Positions 18,643 to 28,600 of a stretch of DNA of 64,000 nt are shown piece by piece. Numbering within the stretch: the first letter of the stretch is position 1; every line of letters begins with the position of its first letter. Source of the stretch: Patescibacteria group bacterium (GTDB lineage Bacteria; Patescibacteriota; Patescibacteriia; JBAZBY01); the NCBI GenBank assembly GCA_041671225.1, contig JBAZBY010000001.1, positions 494,940 through 558,939 of the forward strand, given 5' to 3'. The position numbers and the translations under genes are program-made. The notes under the pieces were generated by a model that saw nothing but the letters and a program-made list of their open reading frames with translations, searched no databases and had not been told where the DNA came from.

Positions 18643-21048
18643 ATGGATGAAAAGTACATGCCACGCGCTATTGAAACGAAGTGGCAGAAGATTTGGGAGG
18701 AGAAAAAGACATTTGCCGCTGATGATACGGAGAAGGATCATCTCTATATTTTAGATATGTTTCCGTATCCTTCCGCTGCCGGACTCCATGTGGGGCATCC
18801 AGAGGGGTACACCGCAAGTGATATCCTGACGCGATACTGGCGCATGCGCGGCAAAACAGTGCTGCATCCAATGGGTTGGGATGCGTTTGGTTTGCCAGCA
18901 GAAAATTACGCCATCAAAACAAAAACGCATCCACGAGAAATTACAAAACGCAATATTGATCACATGCGTCAGCAGATCAAGCAGCTTGGTTTTGCATATG
19001 ACTGGTCCCGTGAATTTGCCACAACAGACCCAGAATATTACAAATGGACACAGTGGATCTTTTTGAAGCTTTTTGAACGCGGTCTTGCGTATGAGGCGGA
19101 TGTGCCCATCAACTGGTGCCCCAAGGACAAGACCGGGCTTGCGAATGAAGAGGTGGTGGATGGCAAGTGCGAACGCTGCGGCACGCCGGTCACCAAGAAG
19201 AAGCTTCGCCAGTGGATGCTCAAGATTACCGCATATGCGGACCGACTCCTTGGGGGACTTGATGGTCTTGACTGGCCCGAGCCGATCAAACTCCTTCAGC
19301 GTAACTGGATTGGTCGAAGTGAAGGCGCGGAGATTCATTTTTCAATTGAGGGTCATACTGAAACGCTTGATATTTTTACGACGCGACCAGATACGCTTTT
19401 TGGGGCAACCTATATGGTGTTGGCTCCGGAACATCCACTGGTTGATGTGCTCACGACAGATGAACAGCGCGATGCTGTGTATGGCTATCGTCATGAAGCA
19501 GAGTCAAAATCTGATATAGAGCGCCAAGAAGTGAGCCGCGAGAAGACGGGTGTCTTTACGGGGACGTATGCCGTGAATCCGGTGAATAGCGAAAAAATTC
19601 CTATTTGGGTCGCAGATTATGTGCTTATGGGGTATGGCACTGGCGCGATTATGGCGGTACCTGCGCATGATCAACGCGATTTTACATTTGCATCCGCTCA
19701 TCAGCTCCCCATTCGTCAGGTCATTTCCCCTGACGGTATTGAACATGATTTACCGGAGGCATATACAGGTAAAGGCATACTCATTCATTCTGGGGAGTTT
19801 AATGGCCAGCAGACTCAGGACGCATCCGCTGCCATCATTCATTGGCTGACAAAACAGAAAGCAGGCGCGCCCAGCATTCACTATAAGCTTCGCGATTGGG
19901 TGTTCTCCCGCCAGCGGTATTGGGGAGAGCCCATTCCTATTATTTATTGTGAGCATTGCGGCGTTGTGCCAGTTCCAGCAGAAGACCTTCCCGTACTTCT
20001 TCCTGATGTGGAGTCCTACGAGCCAACAGGAACCGGCGAATCTCCGCTTGCGGGTATTGATGATTGGGTGAAGACGCAATGCCCCAAATGTGATGGCCCC
20101 GCAAAACGTGAAACAAACACCATGCCGCAGTGGGCAGGCTCTTCATGGTATTTTCTCCGTTATATTGATGCCAAGAATTCAAATGCGCTTGCAGACAAAA
20201 AGAAGTTGAAACATTGGTTGCCAGTGGATCTCTATATTGGTGGAGCTGAACATGCGGTATTACATCTGCTTTACGCACGTTTTTGGAACATGGTTCTGTA
20301 TGACGAAGGCATTGTTCCCGTTGAAGAACCATTTCAAAGACTGAAGAATCAGGGACTTATTATCGGCGAGGACAATCATAAGATGTCGAAGTCTCGCGGG
20401 AATGTGATTGATCCAGACAAGATCATTGATGCGTATGGCGCAGACACCATGCGCTTGTATGAAATGTTCATGGGGCCCTTTGAAGACGCAAAACCTTGGT
20501 CCACGCGCGGTATCGCTGGAGTGCATCGATTCTTGCATAAAGTGTGGCATGCGCAGGAAAAAGTGAAGAGCGTTGTGGGACAAGATGAAGAAACAGAACG
20601 ACTTGTGCACCAGGCAATACAAAAAGTTACCGCAGATATTGAGGGATTCCGGTTTAATACTGCAATTGCGCAATTGATGGCGCTCATGAATCATCTCACT
20701 GCACGTGAAGTTATTGCAAAGGATACATGGGATATTTTTGTGCGGCTTCTTGCGCCGTTTGCTCCGCACCTCAGCCACGAGCTCATGGAACGCGCTGGTA
20801 TGAAGGTAGATTTTATTGCAGAGTGGCCTGAGGCAGACAGCGCAAAAGCTGAGGAATCTCAGGTGACACTTGTCGTACAGGTGAATGGCAAGGTGCGCGC
20901 GAAGCTACAAATACAAAAAGGAAAGAAAGAAAAGGAGATCGTTGTCGCAGCAAAGAAGAACGAGAAGGTTGCAAAGTACCTTGCGGAGGGGGAAGTGGTA
21001 AAGGTCATTTTTGTACCTGAAAAGCTCGTGAACTTTGTGATGAAATGA
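18643..21048 (+). CDS. leuS: Leucyl-tRNA synthetase
   Basis: MDEKYMPRAIETKWQKIWEE start; HVGHPEGY (HIGH-like) and HKMSKSRGN (KMSKS) motifs. The ORF extends upstream to 18379, but that extension does not look coding. Confidence 0.95.
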   Translation: MDEKYMPRAIETKWQKIWEEKKTFAADDTEKDHLYILDMFPYPSAAGLHVGHPEGYTASDILTRYWRMRGKTVLHPMGWDAFGLPAENYAIKTKTHPREITKRNIDHMRQQIKQLGFAYDWSREFATTDPEYYKWTQWIFLKLFERGLAYEADVPINWCPKDKTGLANEEVVDGKCERCGTPVTKKKLRQWMLKITAYADRLLGGLDGLDWPEPIKLLQRNWIGRSEGAEIHFSIEGHTETLDIFTTRPDTLFGATYMVLAPEHPLVDVLTTDEQRDAVYGYRHEAESKSDIERQEVSREKTGVFTGTYAVNPVNSEKIPIWVADYVLMGYGTGAIMAVPAHDQRDFTFASAHQLPIRQVISPDGIEHDLPEAYTGKGILIHSGEFNGQQTQDASAAIIHWLTKQKAGAPSIHYKLRDWVFSRQRYWGEPIPIIYCEHCGVVPVPAEDLPVLLPDVESYEPTGTGESPLAGIDDWVKTQCPKCDGPAKRETNTMPQWAGSSWYFLRYIDAKNSNALADKKKLKHWLPVDLYIGGAEHAVLHLLYARFWNMVLYDEGIVPVEEPFQRLKNQGLIIGEDNHKMSKSRGNVIDPDKIIDAYGADTMRLYEMFMGPFEDAKPWSTRGIAGVHRFLHKVWHAQEKVKSVVGQDEETERLVHQAIQKVTADIEGFRFNTAIAQLMALMNHLTAREVIAKDTWDIFVRLLAPFAPHLSHELMERAGMKVDFIAEWPEADSAKAEESQVTLVVQVNGKVRAKLQIQKGKKEKEIVVAAKKNEKVAKYLAEGEVVKVIFVPEKLVNFVMK

Positions 21049-22214
21049 TTCATTTTCGACATCATCTCAATTTTGCATTAAATCGAGAGATCACGGAGAT
21101 ATATGTTGCGAGTGGACTCCGGCATTTTGGTATGGCAGCGGTTGGTCTCTTTGTCCCTATTTACCTTTATGAATACTTTGATAATGCGATTGCGCCGGTA
21201 CTGCTGACCTTTGCGCTTTTCAGCATTCTTGTAGCATTCCTGACGCCATTTGCCGCAAAACTTTCGACGCATATCGGCCTGAAGCATTCGATGCTCCTCT
21301 CAGTGCCGTTTCTCGTGCTGTATCTTTTTTCACTCATTCAGTTACCAGCGCACCCGCTTTTTCTCGCTGGGGTGATCTTGGGGTATGGCCTTGCCACGGC
21401 ACTTTATTGGACATCCTTTCACACGGATTTTGCACGTGCTTCTTGTATTGAGCGGCAAGGGAAGAATATCGGTGGTTTTCGTGCGGTTGTCATCCTTGCG
21501 GCGATCCTCGGACCTTTTTTTGGCGCACTCATCATCAGTCAGTTTGGCTTTACTGTATTATTCCTCATTGCAATCCTTGTTGAGGCGTTGGCATTGCTTC
21601 CGTTATTTTTTTCTCCGGATATTCATGAGCCGTATGATTTTCATTTTGGCCGTGAATTAAAAAGCGCTTTTGCGCACAAGCGCCTCCGCACCATATTCAC
21701 ATTTTTTGGCGAAGGAATAGATACTAAGCTTTCGCTTTATGTCTGGCCAATTTTTCTTTTCACTGCGCTTTCGGGGTATGTGGCAGTCGGAGGAATCGCA
21801 ACAGGGTCGCTCTTGGTTGCGCTTATCCTGGGGCTTTTCATTGGACGGTTCGTTGATTCGCGTGGCAGGGTAGGGCCATTTCGTCTTGCGGTTATTGTGA
21901 ATGCACTTGCGTGGATCGGACGCGCATTTGCCGTGGGTGAATTTTTTATTTTTATGGCCGATAGTTTTTACAAAATCGCAACAAATGTGCTCCAGGTTCC
22001 CTATATGGCTTTGGTCTATAATCATGCGGAGGAGAAAGGCACAAGTCTCGAACACTATATTGTGATACGGGAGATTGTATTGAACATTGGCGGAGCAACC
22101 GCACTCTTGCTTGGCGTGTTCTACTTCCAGCACTTTGCAAGCATTCAGGCGTTTATGTTGTTTGGATCTCCGGCCGTTCTTATGATGTTGGTATACAGCC
22201 ATGGAAAGAGGTAA
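21045..22214 (+). CDS. MFS-type transporter
   Basis: About 12 predicted TM helices. Overlaps the leuS stop (ATGA). Confidence 0.75.
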   Translation: MIHFRHHLNFALNREITEIYVASGLRHFGMAAVGLFVPIYLYEYFDNAIAPVLLTFALFSILVAFLTPFAAKLSTHIGLKHSMLLSVPFLVLYLFSLIQLPAHPLFLAGVILGYGLATALYWTSFHTDFARASCIERQGKNIGGFRAVVILAAILGPFFGALIISQFGFTVLFLIAILVEALALLPLFFSPDIHEPYDFHFGRELKSAFAHKRLRTIFTFFGEGIDTKLSLYVWPIFLFTALSGYVAVGGIATGSLLVALILGLFIGRFVDSRGRVGPFRLAVIVNALAWIGRAFAVGEFFIFMADSFYKIATNVLQVPYMALVYNHAEEKGTSLEHYIVIREIVLNIGGATALLLGVFYFQHFASIQAFMLFGSPAVLMMLVYSHGKR

Positions 22215-22800
22215 TGATATTGAGAAAGCAGTAACAGCGCTTACGCAGGGTGCTTTGGTGATCGTTCCAACTGAAACATCATATGGCATTGCCGCTGATG
22301 CGTTGGATGCTCAGGCATTAAAGCTTCTTTTTGCCGTGAAACGGCGCAAACCAAATGAAGCAGTGGGAATATTTCTTCCGGATATGCAAACAGTGCAAGA
22401 ACATTTTTCTCTTGCTCCGGAAGAAAACGCACTGGCACGGCAGTACTGGCCAGGTCCAGTGAATATCGTGCTCACGCCACGGGCAGGGAGCCCTCTTGTC
22501 GCGCTGCGATCCATTCTCGCTCCCGGAAAGACGAGGCTGAGTATTCGTATTTCTTCGCATCCTGTCATCGCGGCTGCTTGCCAGGCGCTGCAATCGCCGA
22601 TCACCTCAACATCCGCAAATCATTCCGGTGATGGAGATGTGTATGACCCCGCGCTTTTTGCGGATATCTTTACTTCAGATGAGATAGCATATCTTTTTGA
22701 TGGAGGTGTACTTCCTCAAGAAAAACCCTCAACCGTGGTAGAATGGAATGGCACGACATGCATTGTGCACCGCCAAGGCGCTATTCATATTGCAATATGA
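22201..22800 (+). CDS. tsaC: L-threonylcarbamoyladenylate synthase (YrdC/Sua5 family, tRNA t6A)
   Basis: VIVPTETSYGIAADALDAQALKLLFAVKRRKPNEAVGIF, YrdC-fold signature. Confidence 0.8.
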   Translation: MERGNDIEKAVTALTQGALVIVPTETSYGIAADALDAQALKLLFAVKRRKPNEAVGIFLPDMQTVQEHFSLAPEENALARQYWPGPVNIVLTPRAGSPLVALRSILAPGKTRLSIRISSHPVIAAACQALQSPITSTSANHSGDGDVYDPALFADIFTSDEIAYLFDGGVLPQEKPSTVVEWNGTTCIVHRQGAIHIAI

Positions 22801-23969
22801 TATTTCAACACCTCCATATTCATCCCCATTATTTTTCCCGAGCGATTTCCAAAGACATGAAGGAGCTTTTTTTCTCCGTTGGCATTCTTGGTTTTGCCGT
22901 TTCGACCGTTGCGCTTTTTGAACCGTTGTATCTTTATACGCGCGGTTTTTCTGTATCAGAGATCCTTCTTTATTTTGCCGTACTCTATGCGGTGTATTTT
23001 CTCGTTGTTCCGTTTGGTGGGAAGATCGTTGCGCATATTGGTATTCGAAGAGGAATTCTCATTGCATCCTTCATGCTCATTGGGTATTACATTTCGCTTT
23101 TTGCGATGGAAGCAAGTGTGTGGTTTGCGCTACCTGCAATTCTTTTTGGCGCACTGCAAAAGACCTTTTATTGGCCGTCGTTCCATAAGGATTTTATCGA
23201 GACATCAGATGCGGTTAACCGCGGCAGGGAGGTGAGCGTTATTAGCAGCGTTTTACTCTCCGTGAGCGTTGTTGGTCCAATATTCGGGGGTATTATGCTT
23301 ACATACACATCATTCCCTGTACTCTTCAGCATTGCCATTGTTTTGATTTTTCTTTCAAATATCCCTTTATTTTCAACGAAAACAACGTTACCCAAGGAAC
23401 ATTTTTCAATTGTGCAGTCATGGAAGATGCTCATTGAGCCTGCACATCGAAGGGTCATGATTGCATATATCGGGTTTGGTGAAGAAATTGTGCAGTTTAC
23501 CGTTTGGCCCCTTTTTCTTTTTCTCGTGGTGGATAGCACAACGGATGTGGGTTTGTTTTTGGGAGCTGGCACGCTTGCCAGCGCGCTTTTTCTTTTGCTA
23601 ACAGGCAAATATATTGATAGAAGAAAAGACTACAAACATTCTTTTCTGCAGCTTGCCTCAGGAGTCCTTTCGTTATCCTGGCTCGTGAGAATATTCGTCT
23701 TTTTGCCTTTGCCGGCATTCACATCGAATCTCTTAGGAGGAGTGGTGAAAGATTTTTCATTTGTTCAGCTCTCAACGCTTACGTATGAACGGGCGCGCAA
23801 AGAACATCCGTTAGCATATGGGGTGTTCATTGAACAGAGTCTTGCGCTTGGGAAGGCGCTCATTGGGGTAGCCCTCGCAGCACTTTTTGTGTTTATGGGA
23901 TTCTTTGGCGTTTGGCTTGTTGCGGCAGCATTTGCTCTCCTTTATGGTATCTACCCAAGATCCCGCTGA
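22797..23969 (+). CDS. MFS-type transporter, paralog of 21045-22214
   Basis: Start MIFQHLH chosen by N-terminal alignment with the paralog (MIHFRHHL). ATGA overlap with the tsaC stop. Multiple TM helices. Confidence 0.7.
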   Translation: MIFQHLHIHPHYFSRAISKDMKELFFSVGILGFAVSTVALFEPLYLYTRGFSVSEILLYFAVLYAVYFLVVPFGGKIVAHIGIRRGILIASFMLIGYYISLFAMEASVWFALPAILFGALQKTFYWPSFHKDFIETSDAVNRGREVSVISSVLLSVSVVGPIFGGIMLTYTSFPVLFSIAIVLIFLSNIPLFSTKTTLPKEHFSIVQSWKMLIEPAHRRVMIAYIGFGEEIVQFTVWPLFLFLVVDSTTDVGLFLGAGTLASALFLLLTGKYIDRRKDYKHSFLQLASGVLSLSWLVRIFVFLPLPAFTSNLLGGVVKDFSFVQLSTLTYERARKEHPLAYGVFIEQSLALGKALIGVALAALFVFMGFFGVWLVAAAFALLYGIYPRSR

Positions 23970-24807
23970 TCCTAGCGTTCTGAAGTGCCTCATTAAGGAG
24001 GTGGGCATTACCCCCAGTCGTCTTCGCGGGCAGAATTTTCTTATTGATGCGAGCATCGCAGATATGCTTGTTGACGCTGCGCCATTGCAGCAGACAGACA
24101 CCGTTTTGGAGATTGGCTCAGGATTTGGAGTGATCACAAGGCGCCTGCGAGAGCGAGTAGGGAAGATCATTGCCGTTGAGGCGGACAAAAAGCTCGCGTT
24201 ACCACTCGCAGAGCACTATAAGGAAGATCCAGGCGTTGAGGTCATTCCTGAGGACATTTTAACGTTTTTGCGCTGGGGACATTTTGAGGATTTTGGATAT
24301 CACCTTGTTTCCAGCCTTCCCTATTCCATCACCGCACGTGTTTTCAGGCTTTTTTTGAGCGAAGTACCACGTCCACTCTCCATAACAGTACTTATACAGC
24401 AGGAAGTCGCAGAGCGTGTTACTGCCCCAGCAGGAAAACTTTCACAACTTGGATTACTTGCACAGCTCTATGCACGCCCAGAGATCGTCCAAGCCAAGAT
24501 TTCTCCACAATCATTTTTTCCTCTTCCTGCTGTTTTCTCAGCAATTGTTCGCTTTTCTGACATTCAAGGCGCAGCACGGCAACGTGCCTCCTGGAAGTGT
24601 TCTGAAGCCACCTTGTGGAAGATTGTGCGTGCAGGATTCCAAAATAGGCGCAAAATGCTCAAAAATACACTCGCAAACCTTCCTGAAATTGAGGGTGAAG
24701 CAGTACAGAATTGGCTTGAAAAGCAGGGATACCCGCATTCTGCGCGTGCTCAGGACATACGACCGGCTGATTGGCCCCTCTTGGCGCAGTATTTCTTTGA
24801 CGAATAG
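23944..24807 (+). CDS. rsmA: 16S rRNA (adenine1518/1519-N6)-dimethyltransferase RsmA/KsgA
   Basis: GQNFLID motif and SAM-binding fold. The exact start is uncertain: a strong SD (TAAGGAGGTG, 23995-24003) is followed by in-frame ATT at 24007. Confidence 0.8.
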   Translation: MVSTQDPADPSVLKCLIKEVGITPSRLRGQNFLIDASIADMLVDAAPLQQTDTVLEIGSGFGVITRRLRERVGKIIAVEADKKLALPLAEHYKEDPGVEVIPEDILTFLRWGHFEDFGYHLVSSLPYSITARVFRLFLSEVPRPLSITVLIQQEVAERVTAPAGKLSQLGLLAQLYARPEIVQAKISPQSFFPLPAVFSAIVRFSDIQGAARQRASWKCSEATLWKIVRAGFQNRRKMLKNTLANLPEIEGEAVQNWLEKQGYPHSARAQDIRPADWPLLAQYFFDE

Positions 24808-24846
24808 GGCTGTTCGTGATATAATAGCCCTACATTTTTAATACCT

Positions 24847-25662
24847 ATGGATGATTTTAGGGCAGGTCCCGGCAGTCCTCAAATGGAGCCTTTTGGGCAT
24901 CGACGAAATTCGTTCTTTTCCCAGAAAAACGTTCTTATTATCATCTCATGCATCGTCGCGGTTGGTCTTATTGTTGGCTTTATGCAGATACGGGGAGGAA
25001 TTCTTTCTGCATTCAATCAAAATACGCTCAATCAAAATTCTGAAACCCAAGATGAATATACTGAACGACTTCTTGCGCTTGCAGAAAAAGACACTGATCA
25101 AGACGGAATAAGTGATTTTAAAGAGCTCTACCAACTAGGAACGAGCCCGTATCTTTTTGATTCAGATTCTGATGGCCTGAGCGACCTTAGTGAAATTGAA
25201 AATAACACAAATCCAAATTGTCCAGAGGGACAGGACTGCACAGGATTTATTTCTCCTGAGGAATTAGCTTCCACAACGACGGCCGAAGCAAACACAAACT
25301 CTGCTAGCGCGGAAACAAATTTAACAGCAGAAGCAATACGGGAAACACTGCGAAGTTCAGGTTCACCTGAGTATCTGCTTGATGCAACAAGCGATGAAGA
25401 GCTCCTCTCAATATACACAGAAGTTACTGGCGGAGAAGCGGCCACAACAAGTGATGGAGCAGATACCTTAGCAACACTGCAGGCATTCACGCCTGACGAT
25501 ATCCGTGACTTTCTTGTTTCGACCGGTGCTGATGCTTCAGTTCTCTCAGAAGTAAGTGATGCGGATCTTAATGAAATATTTAGGCAGGCATTAGAAGAAG
25601 AGGCAGGCCTCTTCGCGGATACTGCTGACAGCGCAGTGACGAATACAAATTCATCACCATAA
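24847..25662 (+). CDS. Membrane-anchored acidic protein with TSP type-3/dockerin-like Ca-binding repeats
   Basis: TM helix IIISCIVAVGLIVGFMQI; repeats DTDQDGISDFKE and DSDSDGLSDLSE; acidic Thr/Ser-rich tail. Confidence 0.6.
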   Translation: MDDFRAGPGSPQMEPFGHRRNSFFSQKNVLIIISCIVAVGLIVGFMQIRGGILSAFNQNTLNQNSETQDEYTERLLALAEKDTDQDGISDFKELYQLGTSPYLFDSDSDGLSDLSEIENNTNPNCPEGQDCTGFISPEELASTTTAEANTNSASAETNLTAEAIRETLRSSGSPEYLLDATSDEELLSIYTEVTGGEAATTSDGADTLATLQAFTPDDIRDFLVSTGADASVLSEVSDADLNEIFRQALEEEAGLFADTADSAVTNTNSSP

Positions 25663-25669
25663 ACGTTCC

Positions 25670-28600
25670 ATGAACGAACGGGGGCAAAATCAAGAATCAA
25701 AACCGCGCCGCGGTTTTAGTATTCGCATGGCTATTGCGGCATTTGTGTTGGTGGCCATTCTTATTGGCGGAGTAGTGTTCCTTTTTCCTCGTCCTGTGCA
25801 GGCATTTCCTGGTGAGGCGCTTGCCGCTGCCGCATGGAAGGAAATTCGCGATTCTTTGCGTTATCTTGGCCAGAATCTTAATACCATTCGCAAAGATGCA
25901 CTGAAGGTAACCTACGATATTACGTACAAGAATACGTTGCGGCTGTATCTTTCTCGCATTGCGGAAGATACAGCGGTGTGGGTTGCATCCGCAGGCACCG
26001 GCCAAGAGCCGCTTTTTATCACTGACCCAAAATATTTTCAAAAATTGAATGATGCCGCCGTTGGTGATTTTGTTGCGCGCATTTCAACGCAGACGTTTGG
26101 TACGGATCTTTCGCCACTCATTGGGACGCAGGTGTTTAAGGATCCTAAATCCCTTGCATTGGTTCGCCGCGTTGTCACAACCCTCACTTCTCCAGATAAA
26201 AAGACACAGTCATGTAATGATTTTTGTATTCCAACAGCGGAGGGAAGTGAACAAAAACTCCAAGCGGTTCGTAAGTGGCAGAGTGAAGGGCTTGAACATT
26301 TAGTTCCTGATGATCCCAAAGATTTAGGCCCAGTGGTTAATTGTCCTGTATCGATCGATGATGATGACAAGTATACCCTCTATTGGAAGGATGGCGAGAT
26401 CGACTCAAGAAGTATCATGGAGTGGCCAAAAATTGAAGCACGGGTGTGTCATGGATTGCTCTCAAGTTACATTGGACAATTAAAAACAGAAGCACAGGCA
26501 ACCTTTCAGGCATGTCTCAATGAATGTAAGGCTTTTTCTGGTCAACGTGGAAAATCAGCGGCAGAAACGTGGACGAATCTCAAAGCTGTGGATCTTGGAG
26601 CTGCTGTTGAGTCATATTATTCTCTTGAAAATAATCATTTCGGCGTCGCGCTCTCACTCTATAATGAGGCGGCAAAGGCAGGCCGTGAAGAAGAAAAGGC
26701 TCTACGCGATATCACTCCAGAAGGAGGCCTGAAGCCATTAGTATCGCCAGTTAGTGGCGCGGTGCTCACCCCGAGCGTTCTTACTGAGGAGCGGGCAACA
26801 CAAGCAGTGCAAGAATCCACTTCCGCGGAAAAAATTCAGACAGGATCGCCGTGGGCTGATGCGCTTGGCGTGTTTTCAAACACATTGGTGCAGAAGCTCA
26901 CCGAACGCTTTTTTGCGGGCAAGTGCGGACTCAACCCCAAGGAATGCGCAGGGCCATCAGGAAGTCCGGGTACGTCTGATTTAGGTTCATTGCTTTTTAG
27001 TGGTCAGCGTCTTACAAGCATTGCTGCTGCGCGGTTGCAGTTCGCCTCTTTGGCGCAGATCAGCTATTCAGTAGGAAGTCCTTCAAGCGATACCTATTCT
27101 AGCGTTGATGAACTTACGGCGAGCGGCGTTCTTGATGCTGGGTTTGCTCAGGCAATTGAGCAACGCTTCACTGTTCAGGAGGCCATTAATAATGGTTTGC
27201 TACAGGGTGAGCGTACGTTTGGTTTTGATGCACAACGCAATGACCCCGGGAGTAATGGATATGGGTATCGGGCAATGGTGTATCTCCGACGCGCGCGCAT
27301 TATTCCTGTGGGTTGGGAACTTGCGGCACAGTATATTCGTGAGTATGAGAACAGCGGAAATGTTTTGAGTCTACAACGCGTGGTGGATGCGTTCTTTGAT
27401 TGTGGCATAGACGGTACTGATGCCTCACCTTACTGCGGTCTTGTTGATCCCAACTGGGTTCTCAAAGCACCGGAACAATTCTGTAAACGCGCGGGCGCTG
27501 GAGACGAAATTATTTCACGTGATTTCGTTTGCGACGAAGATACGAATGCGGACGGACGCATCAATTGTTCCGCCGACCCTGTTTTTGGCGGAGACCTTGG
27601 ACGCTGGGTATTGCAACGTGACCAAAATCAATGCGTGGATGTGCAGGATTGTATTCTTGAAAATGATGATGGTACCTGTATCGCCTTTGGGTATTGCTTT
27701 GAAGAAAAGCCAATATGGCGTTTTGATGGGGAGGCATGTCCTTCGTATTACACATCATGTCAAAGTTACGAGAATACCGCCGGAAACATTTCCGCGTACC
27801 TTGCAGACACCGTCAATATAGATTCATGTACTGCTGAGAATGCGGGATGTCAGGGGTACTGTGCAGAATCGAGCTATTGGGGATCGCGTGATCAATGGAC
27901 ATGTACCGCAGACAGCGGGAAGATTGTCTATGCTGATGATGATATTCAATCCTGTAATGAACAAGAGTCTGGTTGCAATGAATATATTCGGACAACCAAT
28001 GGTACGAATCTCGTTCCGAACGGGAGTTTTGAAATATATACCGGTACTATTGATGACACGACTGATGATAGCTTTGCAGGATGGAGTGGTGCTGCTCTTG
28101 CGGTATCGAGCACCAATACTTCATTTGGCGCGGATAATGTTGTTGTTGCAGAAATTGCTGCAAGCGGGAGTTTGCAAGCACGAATTCAAACCGGCACGCC
28201 AATGGCAGGCCGTTCGTTTACCGTTGGTTTAAACACAAAAGGCGCAACAGGCACGTGCAGTGGTACGCTGCAGGTGTCATCAGGTTTGTATAGCCCGCCC
28301 GTCGTTCCTGTTTCGTTTGGCTCATTCTGGCAGCAGAATGCCAGTACTTTTTCCGTACCAAACAACGCATCAGCAGATACGTATGTTGATATAGAAATTA
28401 TCCCTACCGGTTGCGCCGGTCAGATTGATGTCGCTTATCTCACGCTTGGCGATGCCTTCTATAATTATACAGACTACGGTACAACGAATCGCATCTATCT
28501 CAATGCCTATGGTGATAATCTTTTGGCAAACAGTGATTTTTCCTATGACGCGGGAAAAGATTTTGATCCAGACTGGGTAGGCGATAACACCACTGAGAAT

